64,000 nucleotides of DNA, from assembly GCF_009914755.1 (NCBI RefSeq), contig NC_060930.1. The stretch is one strand, 5' to 3'. The position numbers were made by a program, and so were the translations under genes. Below the pieces are notes generated by a model that was given only the letters and a program-made list of their open reading frames with translations, was not told the origin of the DNA and did not search any database. Shown here in pieces: positions 41,802-53,135 of the stretch (its first letter is position 1; each line of letters opens with the position of its first letter). This stretch comes from the human T2T-CHM13v2.0 reference genome, Homo sapiens.

Positions 41802-41937
41802 CTGTATGATAAACGATATTTTGCACTGCTAGTTCAAAATCTACTTTTTTGGATTTTAGAAACACATTAATTCCTTCTTCTTCAGTAACAAAGGTCATTC
41901 GGTTTCCCATAGCAAAGACTGTAAATATTGGTCCATA
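41802..41937 (-). CDS. CYP39A1: CYP39A1 exon 2 (136 bp)
   Basis: Acceptor TTTCAG|TAT; YGPIFTVFAMGNRMTFVTEEEGINVFLKSKKVDFELAVQNIVYHT; donor G|GTAAAG; in frame with exons 1 and 3. Confidence 0.97.
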
Positions 41938-43539
41938 CTGAAATAAAACAAACATAGATTATATTAGTAAGCATTCCTAAGCCATGTTTAAGACCATTCT
42001 CCTCAAGAATCCTAATGCTGAAGTTATAGTCAAAAGAAAAATTATTATGATTATATTTGGCAATTAGTTATAAATTTTGATTGTTTCAGCCAGATCTGAA
42101 TTATATACATTTTAATTTGTTCTGTCCTAATATGTAATATTCCCTTTGATCATTTTATTGCCTATTTATAGCTTCTTTTCTTGTACTATGAAATAAGTAG
42201 AAAATAATAATTATAAATAATTAGAAATTATATCAACATTGTGACATTTAAACATTGTTTTCAAGATATTGGTAGACTTATAAGCAACCTATAGCTGAAT
42301 ATTGTTCAACAAAAAGGTTCAAAATTGCCAACTGGTTTATGGGAAATCCATGGTTATTCAACAATGTCTTGCAATCCTATACACTTTTCTAATCTGTTCA
42401 CTTTCCTAGTTTTCAAAATGATTATTTCACCTGTACAACCTGCCCAACCTCTCCATTCTGACATAGTGTCCCTGCCTTGTAACTCACTAGAAAAATGGAG
42501 CAATCAAGTAGCGGTCTCAGTTTCTCGCTACTAAATCCTGCAAGGTATATACATTTGCACCCATTCTCCATGCGTTCCCTCCTCTTAACACGGATGGAGG
42601 TTCCTGCCCTTGTGAAATGTCAACACTTCTCCATTTGTGTTATGGATCCTACACTCTTGCCTTCTCTCTTCTACATTTATGACTCTCTCTCTCCTACATC
42701 ATTAATTTTCCCCTCTTTATCAGATCACTCTTAGCAACCTTTGAACATACTGTAGCACAGGGTTTGATAGCAGGGGTCTATGACCTTGTTGGGAAAAAAA
42801 AGTCATCATTTTTATTGGCGTCTAAGTATAATTTAGCAGTTTCTTCAATTATGAATGTGGGCAACAAACCTCAGTCTTCTCCATGACTCTATCATCAAAA
42901 GAAATCACCATACTTTCATATTCCATTACAGCATTATACATATCTCAAGGCATAATTTATGCTCATCACTACTTCAGTATTAGTCATTTCTATACCTCCC
43001 AAGAGATGACACATGATTACTCCTGCAACACAGTGTTGGGTGCTACTAGGCAACTTGCAGGCCCAAAAATCATTAAGCCACCAGAAAATGAAGTCCCATT
43101 TTTGTGCATTAGTGATCCAGACATCTACACTGCTTTCTAACATTCCTATCTGTAATTGTTTGTTAACCAGTAGTTAGAAGATGACTCATTTTCATTGTTA
43201 AAGTTTTGTTCAAATGAGAATTCTTAACTTCCCATTAGTAGGTAGCTTTTTGTAACATCTATAAGCACCTGGCCACAAGTGTAGACTAACCACATTCAAA
43301 TACATTGAATCAGCAGTTGAGATAATTGTTGATGTGAGGCATTTAAAGTAACTGCAATATAACTGCGGAGTAAAAGATGGTCATGCACAGTGTTAGAAAT
43401 TATGCAACAGGGTTTTGTTGTTGTGTTTGTTTTACTTGCTTTCCTTTTGTTCTTTTTTTGTATGCAATGTCAGCAGCCTCGGTGTTACGAAGTACAGGCA
43501 GGCACACACGGTATGTTGTAGAAGTGGTGCTTGTATATT

Positions 43540-46500
43540 TTTTAACTAAACTTTTTATTTAGAGATAATTGTAGATTATCATGCGGTTGTAAGAAATGTT
43601 ACAGAAAGAGCCTACGTATCCATTACTGTTTTCCCAGTATTAACATCTTGCAAAACTATAGTACAGTATCACAACCAAGTTATTGACATTGATACAGTCA
43701 AGATACAGAATGTTTCCATCACCACAAAGATCTTAAATGATGCCCTTTTATAGCCAGCCCCCACTGTTTCTCTCACTCCTACCTTCTCATTAATCCTTGG
43801 CAACCACTAATCTGTTCTCCACTTCTATAACTTTGAATTTCACTATGTCATATAAACAGAAGCATTTAGTATACAATTTTTGGGGACTGGCTTTTCATTC
43901 AGTGTAATTCTCTGAATGTTCATCCAAATTGTGTGTATCAATCATTCATTCCTTTATATTTCTGAGTAGTATTCCACTGTATGAATGTACGACAGTTTAT
44001 TTAAACATTATGAAGGCTGGGCTAGACATGCCTATAATCCTACTGCTTTGGGGGTCTGAGGCAGGAGTATCACTTGAGCCCAGGAGTTTTTGAGGTTGCA
44101 GTGAGCTATGATTTGCACCACTGCACTCTGGGCAGGGCAACACAGCAAGACTGTCTCTAAAAATCAAAACAATAAAAATGAATAAGGTTGAAAGACAGTG
44201 AGATTCTTTTCAGTTTAGGGCTATCGCAAATAGTGCTTCCATAAACATCCATATCTGGGTTTTTATGTAAACATTAAGTTTCTCTGTGATAAATTCCTAG
44301 AAGTGCAATTGCCAGGTCATATGGTTGGCTGCGTGTTTGGATGTTTAAGAAACTGAGAAAGTGTTTTCTGGAGTGGCTGTACCATTTTATATTTCCACCA
44401 TATGTATAAGTAATCCAGTTTCTCTGTATCCTCACCAATATTTGGTGTTGTTGCAATTTTTATCTTTGCCGTTCTGATAGATGTGTAGTAGTATCTCATG
44501 ATTTTAATTTGCATATCTCTAATGACTATTGATGTTGAACATCTTTTCGTGTACTAATTTGACATCTGAATATTCTCTTCATTGATACATCTTGTGTATG
44601 TCCTCTGCCCATTTTCTAACTGGATTTTGTATTATATTGTTGAGTGTTGACAGTTCTTTATATATTCTAGATACTAGTCCTTTGTTGGATATGTGGTTTG
44701 CAAATATTTTATCCCAGTGTGTAGCTTTTCTTTAAATCTTTTTAATGAGCTCTTTTACAGAGCAAATGCTTTTAATTTTGATGAGGTTCAATTTATCAGT
44801 TTTTCCTTTTATGAACTGTCCTTTTGGTGTCAAGTCTAAGAGCTATTTTCTATCCCAAATTAGGAAGATATTCTTCTATATTTCTTTCTACAGGTTTTAT
44901 ATCTTTATGTTTTACATTTAAGTCTGTTATCTATTTTGAGTTAATTTTATATCAGATATAGGACTTAGGTAGAAATTCATGTTTCGTGTGTGTTGGGGGT
45001 GGTTCTTTGTTGTTGTTTTGTTTGTTTTGGCTTACGCTATCAAATTGCTCCATCACCATTTGTTTAAAAAGGCCATCTTTATTTCATTGAGTTGTTTTTG
45101 CACCTTTGCCAAAAATCACTTGGCATGTTTGTGTGGCTCTATCTCTAGATACTCTATTTTGTTCCACTAATCTTTGTGTCTATCCTTCTGCCAGTACTAA
45201 ATCATCTTGATTAATAATAGGCCTTGAAATTGAGTGGAATGATTCCTCTCATTCTATTCTACTTTTTCAAAATTGTTTTATGTATTTTAGTTTCTTTGTC
45301 TTTCCATATAAATTTTAGAATAACCTTGTCTATATCTACAACAAATCTTGCTGGGAATAGCATTTGCATCAAACCTGGATATCAGTTTGGAGGAAACTGA
45401 CATCTTTAATATGTTGACTTTTCCAATCAGGAACACAGTATGTTTCTCCCTTAAGACCTTTGATTTTTTTCATCAATGTTTTGTGGATTTTAGCATACAA
45501 GTTCTAAACATTTTGTTACATTTATACCTAAATATTTCTTGAGTTATTTTAAATGGTAATGTATTTTTAATTATGGTTTCCACATGTTCATTGTTAGTAT
45601 GTAACCAAACAATTGATATCTTTATGTATACCTTGCATTTATTCCAGAGGTTTTTGTAGACTCCTTGGGATTTTCTACATAGACAATCATGTAATCTGCA
45701 AATTAAGACAGTTTTATTTCTTATTTTCGAATCCATATATATTTTCTTTTCTTTTCTTACTTTATTGCACAGGCTAAAATTTCCAGCACTATGCTGAATA
45801 AGAGTTGTGACAACAGAGATCTTTGCTTTGTTCCCAATCACATGGGGGAAGTATTTAGTCTTTCATCATTTAAGTGTCCTGTTAACTGCAGGATTTTTGT
45901 AGATGTCCTTTATTGAGTTAGGAAATTTCCCTCTATCATGAATCCTGATATCATGAATGGATATCAGGAATGGATATTGAATTTTGTCAAATGCTTTTTC
46001 TGTATCAATTATGTGCTTTTTCTTCTTTAGCTTGTTAATACAGCAGCCTATGTGGATTGACAGACTTCACTCGGTAATTCTTTTCATATACTGATAAATT
46101 TTATTTGCTGATATTTTGTTATTTCTGCATCTATTAATATATTCATAAGTAATACTTGTCTGTAGTTTTTTTCCGTACTATCTGTGGTTTGAGATCAAGG
46201 TAATACCAGCTTCATAAAATAGACTGGGAAATGTTCCTTTGTCTTCTACTTTCTGGAAGAAATGGAACTCATAGTTAATTCTTTTTTAAACATTTGGTAT
46301 AGTTTTCCAATGATACAATCTGGGCATAGAGAATTCTTTTTGGGAGGTTATCAAAATACAAATTCAATTTCCTTAATAGTGTAGGGCTATTAAAATTATG
46401 TATTGTATATTGGATAGTTTTGTTAGAATACGTTTTTCTAAGAATTGATCCATTTTATATAACTTGTTAAATTTATGTTTGTAGAGTTATTCATAGTATT

Positions 46501-46872
46501 TTCTTATCATCCCTTTTGATGTCTGCAGTGATATTCCCTGTTTCATTCAAACATCGGTCATTGGTGTTTTCTCTATCAGTCTTGCATGAAGTCTGGCAAT
46601 GTTATTGGTCTTCTCAAAAAACCAGTTCTTTCTTTCATTGATTTTCCTTATTTTTTTTTTTAATTTTCAACTTCATTGATTTCTGTTCCTTACTATTTCC
46701 TTCCTTCTGCTTTATTTGGGCTTATTTTACTCTGTTTATAAAAGGAGATGATTCTTGAAAGTTTATCGATTTCAGGTTTTTCTTTTCTAATATAAGCACA
46801 TAGTGATAGAAATTATGACATGTTGTATTTTTATTTTCATTTGGTTCAATCTATCTTTTATTTTTCAAGAGA
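43540..46872 (-). mobile_element. L1MC-type element (3'UTR plus ORF2), containing a FRAM (+, ~44015-44180)
   Basis: L1MC 3' end (aacatcttgcaaaactatagtac...attgacattgatacagtcaagatacag) and a long antisense ORF2 remnant. Confidence 0.85.
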
Positions 46873-47351
46873 CTGGGTTAAAATACAAAGACTCAGAAAA
46901 ATTGAAAGGGATAGAAAAATATGTATCATCCAAACACTAACCAAAACAAAGTTGGTGCAGCTTTAATAATATAAGAGAAAGTAGATTTTAACTCAACATA
47001 GATGACTACAGGTAAGACTTCAAATATCGCTTAGAGTGGCTTAAAGGAGGTGCCCTTCCCAAGAGCTGTTTAAGTAGACAAACTGCAGAAGTTGTCTAAT
47101 TTACCTATTTTAATGTAGGGAACTTTGTCTTTTTGGGGGCTGCTTGACATTTAGATCCTATGCCCACATTTTCAGAATTTCACATTCTACACCTGTTGGT
47201 GGGAGGTAGACACCATTTCCCTCATTAGAACCTGAAAAATAATGATGCTTTATTGAGCAAATATTTTTCCAACAATCTACTTAAACTATTTATTGAATAT
47301 TTTTGCAAAATATCGAACTTCAGCCTAGTACACTTTGGGACACTGTGTTTT

Positions 47352-48477
47352 CAAGTAATGTTTCCAGTGATGATGAGCATTTTTTCATCTGTCTGTTGGT
47401 TGAATAAATGTCTTCTTTTGAGAAGTATCTGTTCATATACTTTGCCCACTTTTTGATGGGGTTGTTTTTTTCTTGTAAATTTGTTTGAGTTCTTTGTAGA
47501 TTCTGGATATTAGCCCATTGTCAGATGAATAGATTGCAAAAATTTTTTCCCATTCTGTATCACTGGCCATCAAATAAATGCAAATCAAAACCACAATGAG
47601 ATACCATCTCACACCAGTTAGAATGGCGATCATTATAAAGTCAGGAAACAACAGGTGCTGGAGAGCATGTGGAGAAATAGGAACACTTTTACACTGTTGG
47701 TGGGACTGTAAACTAGTTCAACCATTGTGGAAGACAGTGTGGTGATTCCTCAAGGATCTAGAACTAGAAATACCATTTGACCCAGCCATCCCATTACTGG
47801 GTATATACCCAAAGGATTATAAATCATGCTGCTATAAAGACACATGCACACGTATGTTTACTGTGGCACTGTTCACAATAGCAAAGACTTGGAACTAACC
47901 CAAATGTCCATCAATGATAGACTGGATTAAGAAAATGTGGTACATATACACCATGGAATACTATGCAGCCATAAAAAAGGATGAGTTCATGTCCTTTGTA
48001 AGGACGTGGATGAAGCTGGAAACCATCATTCTCAGCAAACTATCACAAGGACAAAAAATCAAACACCACATGTTCTCACTCATAGGCGGGAATTGAACAA
48101 TGAGAACACTTGGACACAGGAAGGGGAACATCACACACCGGGGCCTGTTGTTGGGTGGGGGGAGGGGGGAGGGGGGAGGGATAGCATTAGGAGATATACC
48201 TAATATAAATGATGAGTTACTGGGTTCAGCACACCAACATGGCACATGTATACATATGTAACAAACCAGCATGTTGTGCACATGTACCCTAGAACTTAAA
48301 GTATAATAATAAAAAAAAATTATAAACCTACTCTTATGCAAACAGTATTGGCACAACAAGAAAATGATTAAGATGCAGAGAGGGTAGGTCAAAAAGACTA
48401 AAAGGATTAATGCAGATTGTTTGATGTATATTAAAACAGTTGGTAAAAGTTAAAAAAAAAAACAAATAATGTTTCCA
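47352..48477 (+). mobile_element. L1PA (~PA4-6) with 5' inversion and 3' transduction
   Basis: Inverted segment 47364-47558, sense segment 47559-48319, unique 48320-48451, second A-tail 48452-48462, TSD CAA(G/A)TAATGTTTCCA. Confidence 0.92.
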
Positions 48478-48689
48478 TTGTGTCAACAAATAGATACTTG
48501 TAGATAGCTGCAGATTGTCTATACTATTACATGTTTAAAATAACTCTCTCAGAGTGCCAGAAATGTTATCAATGTCTCATGCTTAAAAAATGGTAAATTC
48601 TAATAAACAAAAGACTGATATAACCAGGCAGTTTGAAGCATAAACAAAATCTTCTGTCTCAATTATAAAGTACAAAGTATCAGGTTTGC

Positions 48690-49117
48690 AATATGGGTTT
48701 TTCTGTTGTAACAGAATTTCGTAACTAAAGATTGGGTTCTAGCCATCTCAAGGCTCAACTCAGGTAGTCGTATTCACTACCCAGCTGACACGGTTGGTGG
48801 CAGAATTTAGTTTTTCACAGGCTACTGGATTGAAGACTTTTGATTTTTACTGGGGTTGGCCAGGGCCTCCCTCTATTTTTTGCCTTGTAGGCCTCTCTAT
48901 AATGACAGCTTTCATCATCAAAGAGTGCAAACTAGGAAGGCAATTGAGTCTGCTATCAAGATGAAAGCCTAATCACAGAAGTAACATCAGATCACTTGTG
49001 CCATATTGTGTTCATTAGAGGTGAGTCACTAGGTTTTGTTGACACTCAAAAGGAAGTGATTACACAAGGGAATCGTTGCAAGATCATTGCAGGTTATCTT
49101 AGAAATCTGACTACCAT
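48690..49117 (-). mobile_element. MLT1-type MaLR LTR
   Basis: ttggtggcagaatttagttt, tcacttgtgccatattgtgttcattagaggtgagtcactagg. Confidence 0.65.
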
Positions 49118-49499
49118 ATGTCTATCGATGAGGAAACTTATTAAATAAATGTAGCCATATCCATGCATCTTCAAAGAATTAGGAGTTCTATATGGTACTA
49201 ATATGTAAAGAGTAAATCCCTACTGACATAGGAACAGTGTGAATAATATGACACATTTTGCTTATAAGGCGGAAAATAAAAATCTATAATTCTATTTGCT
49301 TGTATACAGTTAAAGAAACTATGAAACAATATATAAGAAATGAATTACAGTTGCCAAGGTTGGGAGTGAGGAGTGAGAACTGGGTGGAAGGGAAAAAGAG
49401 GTTGAAGGGACTTTCCCCGTAGTTTTTATATTTACAATTTTTTGAACCGTATAAATGCATGATCTATTCAAAGATTAAATAAAAATAATGGGAAGATGT

Positions 49500-49746
49500 T
49501 TTTGTGGTCACCAAAGTTGTCTCTTCTCAGTCTTCTAGAGGAGCATGAGAAGCTGAGAGTGTTAGCTAATGATGGAGTTTTAGAAGTTTTTTCTTGAAGG
49601 TTCAATACGCCATAAGTAGTGTCTTATGCAGGTGCCATTTAGATGCAATTTCGCATCAAGTCTACTGAGTACCTGTTGCAGCCACTGCGAAAACTCAGAA
49701 TGGACCCCCACCCAAGATCTGGTTTGGATGTTAAGACAATTACTAC

Positions 49747-49796
<50 letters not shown>

Positions 49797-50133
49797 ACAT
49801 ACACACCTTGAGAGGGTATGAAGAGGTTTATTTCATACACAATGAGACTTCTCTGGGGAAAGAAGGGCAGTCCTCTCAAGCTGATCTGAAAATGACTTGA
49901 GAAAACAGTGAAAAGAGACAGGTCTTAGGGTTTCATTGTGGTTAGGGGGTAGGCTGGTGTGAGCCTTCCTGCATGAAGGTTGAGGTTTGTGTGATTTGAA
50001 TCTCCCCTGGCACCAAAGGTGGGAGCACTCTGGCTTTTTTTTTTATCATACTGCCCAGATTAAGGGTACAAGAAAAGACAAGAGTGAACCTTAAAAGCTT
50101 TTAGTAGTAAAACATCAAATAATGCAGTCATAT

Positions 50134-50135
<2 letters not shown>
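49500..50135 (-). mobile_element. ERVL LTR, MER76-like, containing (CA)n at 49751-49805
   Basis: ttatcatactgcccagat...ccttaaaagct...aaacatcaaataatgcagtca. Confidence 0.55.
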
Positions 50136-50173
<38 letters not shown>

Positions 50174-50465
50174 GACAAGGTCTCGCTCTGTTGCCCAGGC
50201 TCGAGTGCAGTGGCTCAATCATAGCTTACCGGAATCTGGAACTCCTGAGCTCAAGCAATCCTCCCGCCTCAGCCTCTCGAGGAGCTGGGACTACAGGCAT
50301 GTGCCACTGGACCAGATTAAATTTTTTATTTTTCTATTTAGTTTTTGTAGAAATGAGGTCTTGCTATATCTCCCGGGCTGGTCTTAAATTCCTGGCCTCA
50401 AGCAATCCTCCCACCCCTGCCTCCCAAAGTGTTGGGATTACAGGTGTGAGACACAGAGTCCAGCA
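50136..50465 (-). mobile_element. AluJ with long T-tail
   Basis: Full dimer; ctcctgagctcaagcaatcctccc. Confidence 0.93.
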
Positions 50466-50609
50466 ATAACTTGTTTTGTTTAGTCAGGAAAGCAATAGAG
50501 ACCTCACAAATATTTAGCCTTCTGACACAAGCTTGTAAAAAAACAGTTCCTTAAAAATTATCAAGATCATATGCATAAGGAAGGCTGTGGGAGACAAAGG
50601 AGTATTTCT

Positions 50610-51255
50610 TTAGGAGATATAATGTTTCATCTATCAGACTAGCAAAAATTGCAAAGAATTATGGTATTCAGTATGGCCCAGGATTTGAGAAGTTAGGCAA
50701 TTGCATACAGTCAATGGAAAATAAAAATTGCATATTCATACTTCTTTTTCCAAAAGTAACACATTCATATAAACAATTTAAGTGTGCATGTCCTTTGACT
50801 CAGCAATTCTACTCCTAGGAATTTATTCTGAGTAAACAATCAGATAATTGCAAAATGTACAACCACACAATCAATACATGCACACAAACACGCAAGAATG
50901 TTCACTGAAGCACTGGCTGAAAGAAAAAAGTTTGGCAGCAACCTATAAACCCAACTATTGAGATTTAAGTAAACTATTGTATCCTCCTATGACAAAATAT
51001 AGCCATAAAAGGAAGATTCAAAGTATTTCATGGTACAGGAAAGTCATTCACATTATATGTTAAAATCAAAAGCACATAAAAGAGTATTATACTATTATTC
51101 CATTGTTGTTCATTAAATAGTTGTAAATACATAGGAAAATGACCAAAATAATATAAATACACTAAATTTTTACAGTACAGCTGGTGTGATATTCTGGGTT
51201 ATTTTTATTTTCATCTTAGTTCTCTTTAATTTTCTATATGTTTTTTACTAAATTG
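50610..51255 (+). mobile_element. L1ME 3' remnant
   Basis: ctttgactcagcaattctactcctaggaatttattct. Confidence 0.65.
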
Positions 51256-52055
51256 GAATCTCAGAGATTTTGAAGGCAAATGATCAGTGGTAAAATAATG
51301 CTACTACGTATAAATTCATTCTACAAATTGGGCTAACCAGATGGAAAATGGGTCACCACAGAAAGTATTATAATTCATAAGAATAATTATAATATCATAC
51401 AAATTTATTAGACAATCAAATACCATAAAATATTTGTGACTGGAAATTGAATAAAACTTAAAAGACATTAATAAAGGTCTGTTCCTTAAAGTGCTCAGAC
51501 ATTTAAAAGATACTTTCAAGACAAAAACATCTACTACAAGGAGGATTACTAGTCTCTTCAGGCCGTAGTGAAAATGGAGTACATCATCATCAAATAACAA
51601 CGTCAGCTAAAAATACAGAGCCTGTTTATTGTGTACGGACCAACTGTGCAAGCAATTTGTACAATACTTTGGTGTTAACTCCAATTTGGATACGAATTAC
51701 TCATTTTCACAAACTTAAATTGGATTACACTTTATCTTTCCCAATTACTGAAAACATTTACTTAACACATACACATTTGGAACTTAACTTCGATGAAGTA
51801 AAAATACGAAAAGTTAATCTCTACTTCCAAAAATGTCGATGCACGCTGCAATTGTATTTCATTTCTTTCGCAAAATTTTGCACAGGATATTGTTGTTAAT
51901 TGTTAGTAGAGGAATTCAGAAATGACTAGATCCTTTAGTTGAGGCAAGCAGGTATGTTCCCCGTGTTCTAGCCCTGCACTTAAGAGTCAATGAAAGAAAG
52001 TTTAAAAAAGAAAGCATTGTCTCCTCTGGAGACCCCGTCTGCCACGACCACATAC

Positions 52056-52232
52056 CTTGATTCTTGCTTTCTCTATAAATTCTAGAGGGGCTTTCCCAAA
52101 CTCAAATCCAACTCCAATCCAAGGAATCCAGCCCTTGATGCACGGGGGTCTACGCAAATTCTTCCGCTGAAGGAGTAAGAACAGAGCAAGGCAACCCAGG
52201 ATTATAATCACTGTTGGGGAAATTAGTTCCAT
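52056..52232 (-). CDS. CYP39A1: CYP39A1 coding exon 1 (177 bp, codons 1-59)
   Basis: MELISPTVIIILGCLALFLLLQRKNLRRPPCIKGWIPWIGVGFEFGKAPLEFIEKARIK: microsomal P450 N-terminal anchor plus proline-rich hinge. ATG context AAC-ATG-G; donor AAG|GTATGT. Confidence 0.97.
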
Positions 52233-52439
52233 GTTTTTGTCCAGCACCTTCCAGAAGCAGAAAAGTGTGAAACAGTCCTGCCGTCCCTTGCTTCTTTTCT
52301 GTGGGCTACGGAACCTGTCGGGACTCCCAACCTTTCTGCTGCAACTTTTGCAGCTCTCCTTCGTAACTGTAGCTTCCTTCCTCTGTCCCAGTTTTCAGGT
52401 GATTTTTCCATTGTCGCTCCCTCCCACCTCCACTTCTCT

Positions 52440-53135
52440 TTGAATCTCAGCCAGCGCGGAAAAAATGCAAGGAGGGGCAGGGCCGGGCTAGGACTGACGG
52501 GCGAGAACCAGCCGCGTTGCCATGGAGGCCGGGGGCGGAGCCGCAGAGGGACCCGCGGCCGGCCAATCAGAGACGTAGCGGAGCCCGGCGGACTACATTG
52601 CCCAGTAACCTCCTGGGCTCCGCTGTGTTTTTCTATTCTGGGGTGTAAGGGGCAGCTGGACCACTCCAGCTGGGACTGCTAGGAAGGTTGCGGGTCCACC
52701 CGGCCGAGCCGAACGAGGGAAATGGTCCTCACCCGGCCACTCGCCGGTTGAAAAGGGGCCGCCCTGGCAGGGAAGCGGCCGCCGCGGCGCGGTGCAGCGC
52801 AGCGGCGAGAAGGAGTGCGTTATCGTCTTGCGCTACTGCTGAATGTCCGTCCCGGAGGAGGAGGAGAGGCTTTTGCCGCTGACCCAGAGATGGCCCCGAG
52901 CGAGCAAATTCCTACTGTCCGGCTGCGCGGCTACCGTGGCCGAGCTAGGTACCCGGCTGCCCACGCCTGGGCCTCCCGGGCCAGTGGCACGCGCCGCGCT
53001 GGGGGAGGGTGCGCGGGCGGCTTCGCGCCCGGCAGTGCGCATCGGAGAGGTCGCCCCTTCCATGCCCGCCTGGCAGAGGTGGCGGTGGAGGCCAGGCCCG
53101 CGGTGGGAGGAGGAGGGATTGAGGTCTCCACGGCC
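52440..53135. promoter_or_regulatory. CpG island / TATA-less bidirectional promoter shared by CYP39A1 and SLC25A27
   Basis: Sharp GC and CpG enrichment in an AT-rich window, between divergent first exons. GC box GGGGGCGGAG 52531-52540, CCAAT 52563-52567, ZNF143/SBS-like GACTACATTGCCCAG 52591-52605, X-box-like GTTGCCATGG 52516-52525. Confidence 0.9.
52843..52948 (+). CDS. SLC25A27: SLC25A27 (UCP4) coding exon 1 (106 bp)
   Basis: [35 protein letters not shown](A); donor G|GTACCC. Confidence 0.96.

Noticed and set aside
42755-43140. Possible old hAT-Charlie fragment; also a possible Tigger/MER46-like piece at ~24640-24740
   Set aside because: Too diverged to name or bound by eye.
47914-48392. 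ORFs resembling L1 ORF2 C-terminus and antisense L1
   Set aside because: Part of the truncated L1PA, not a host gene.
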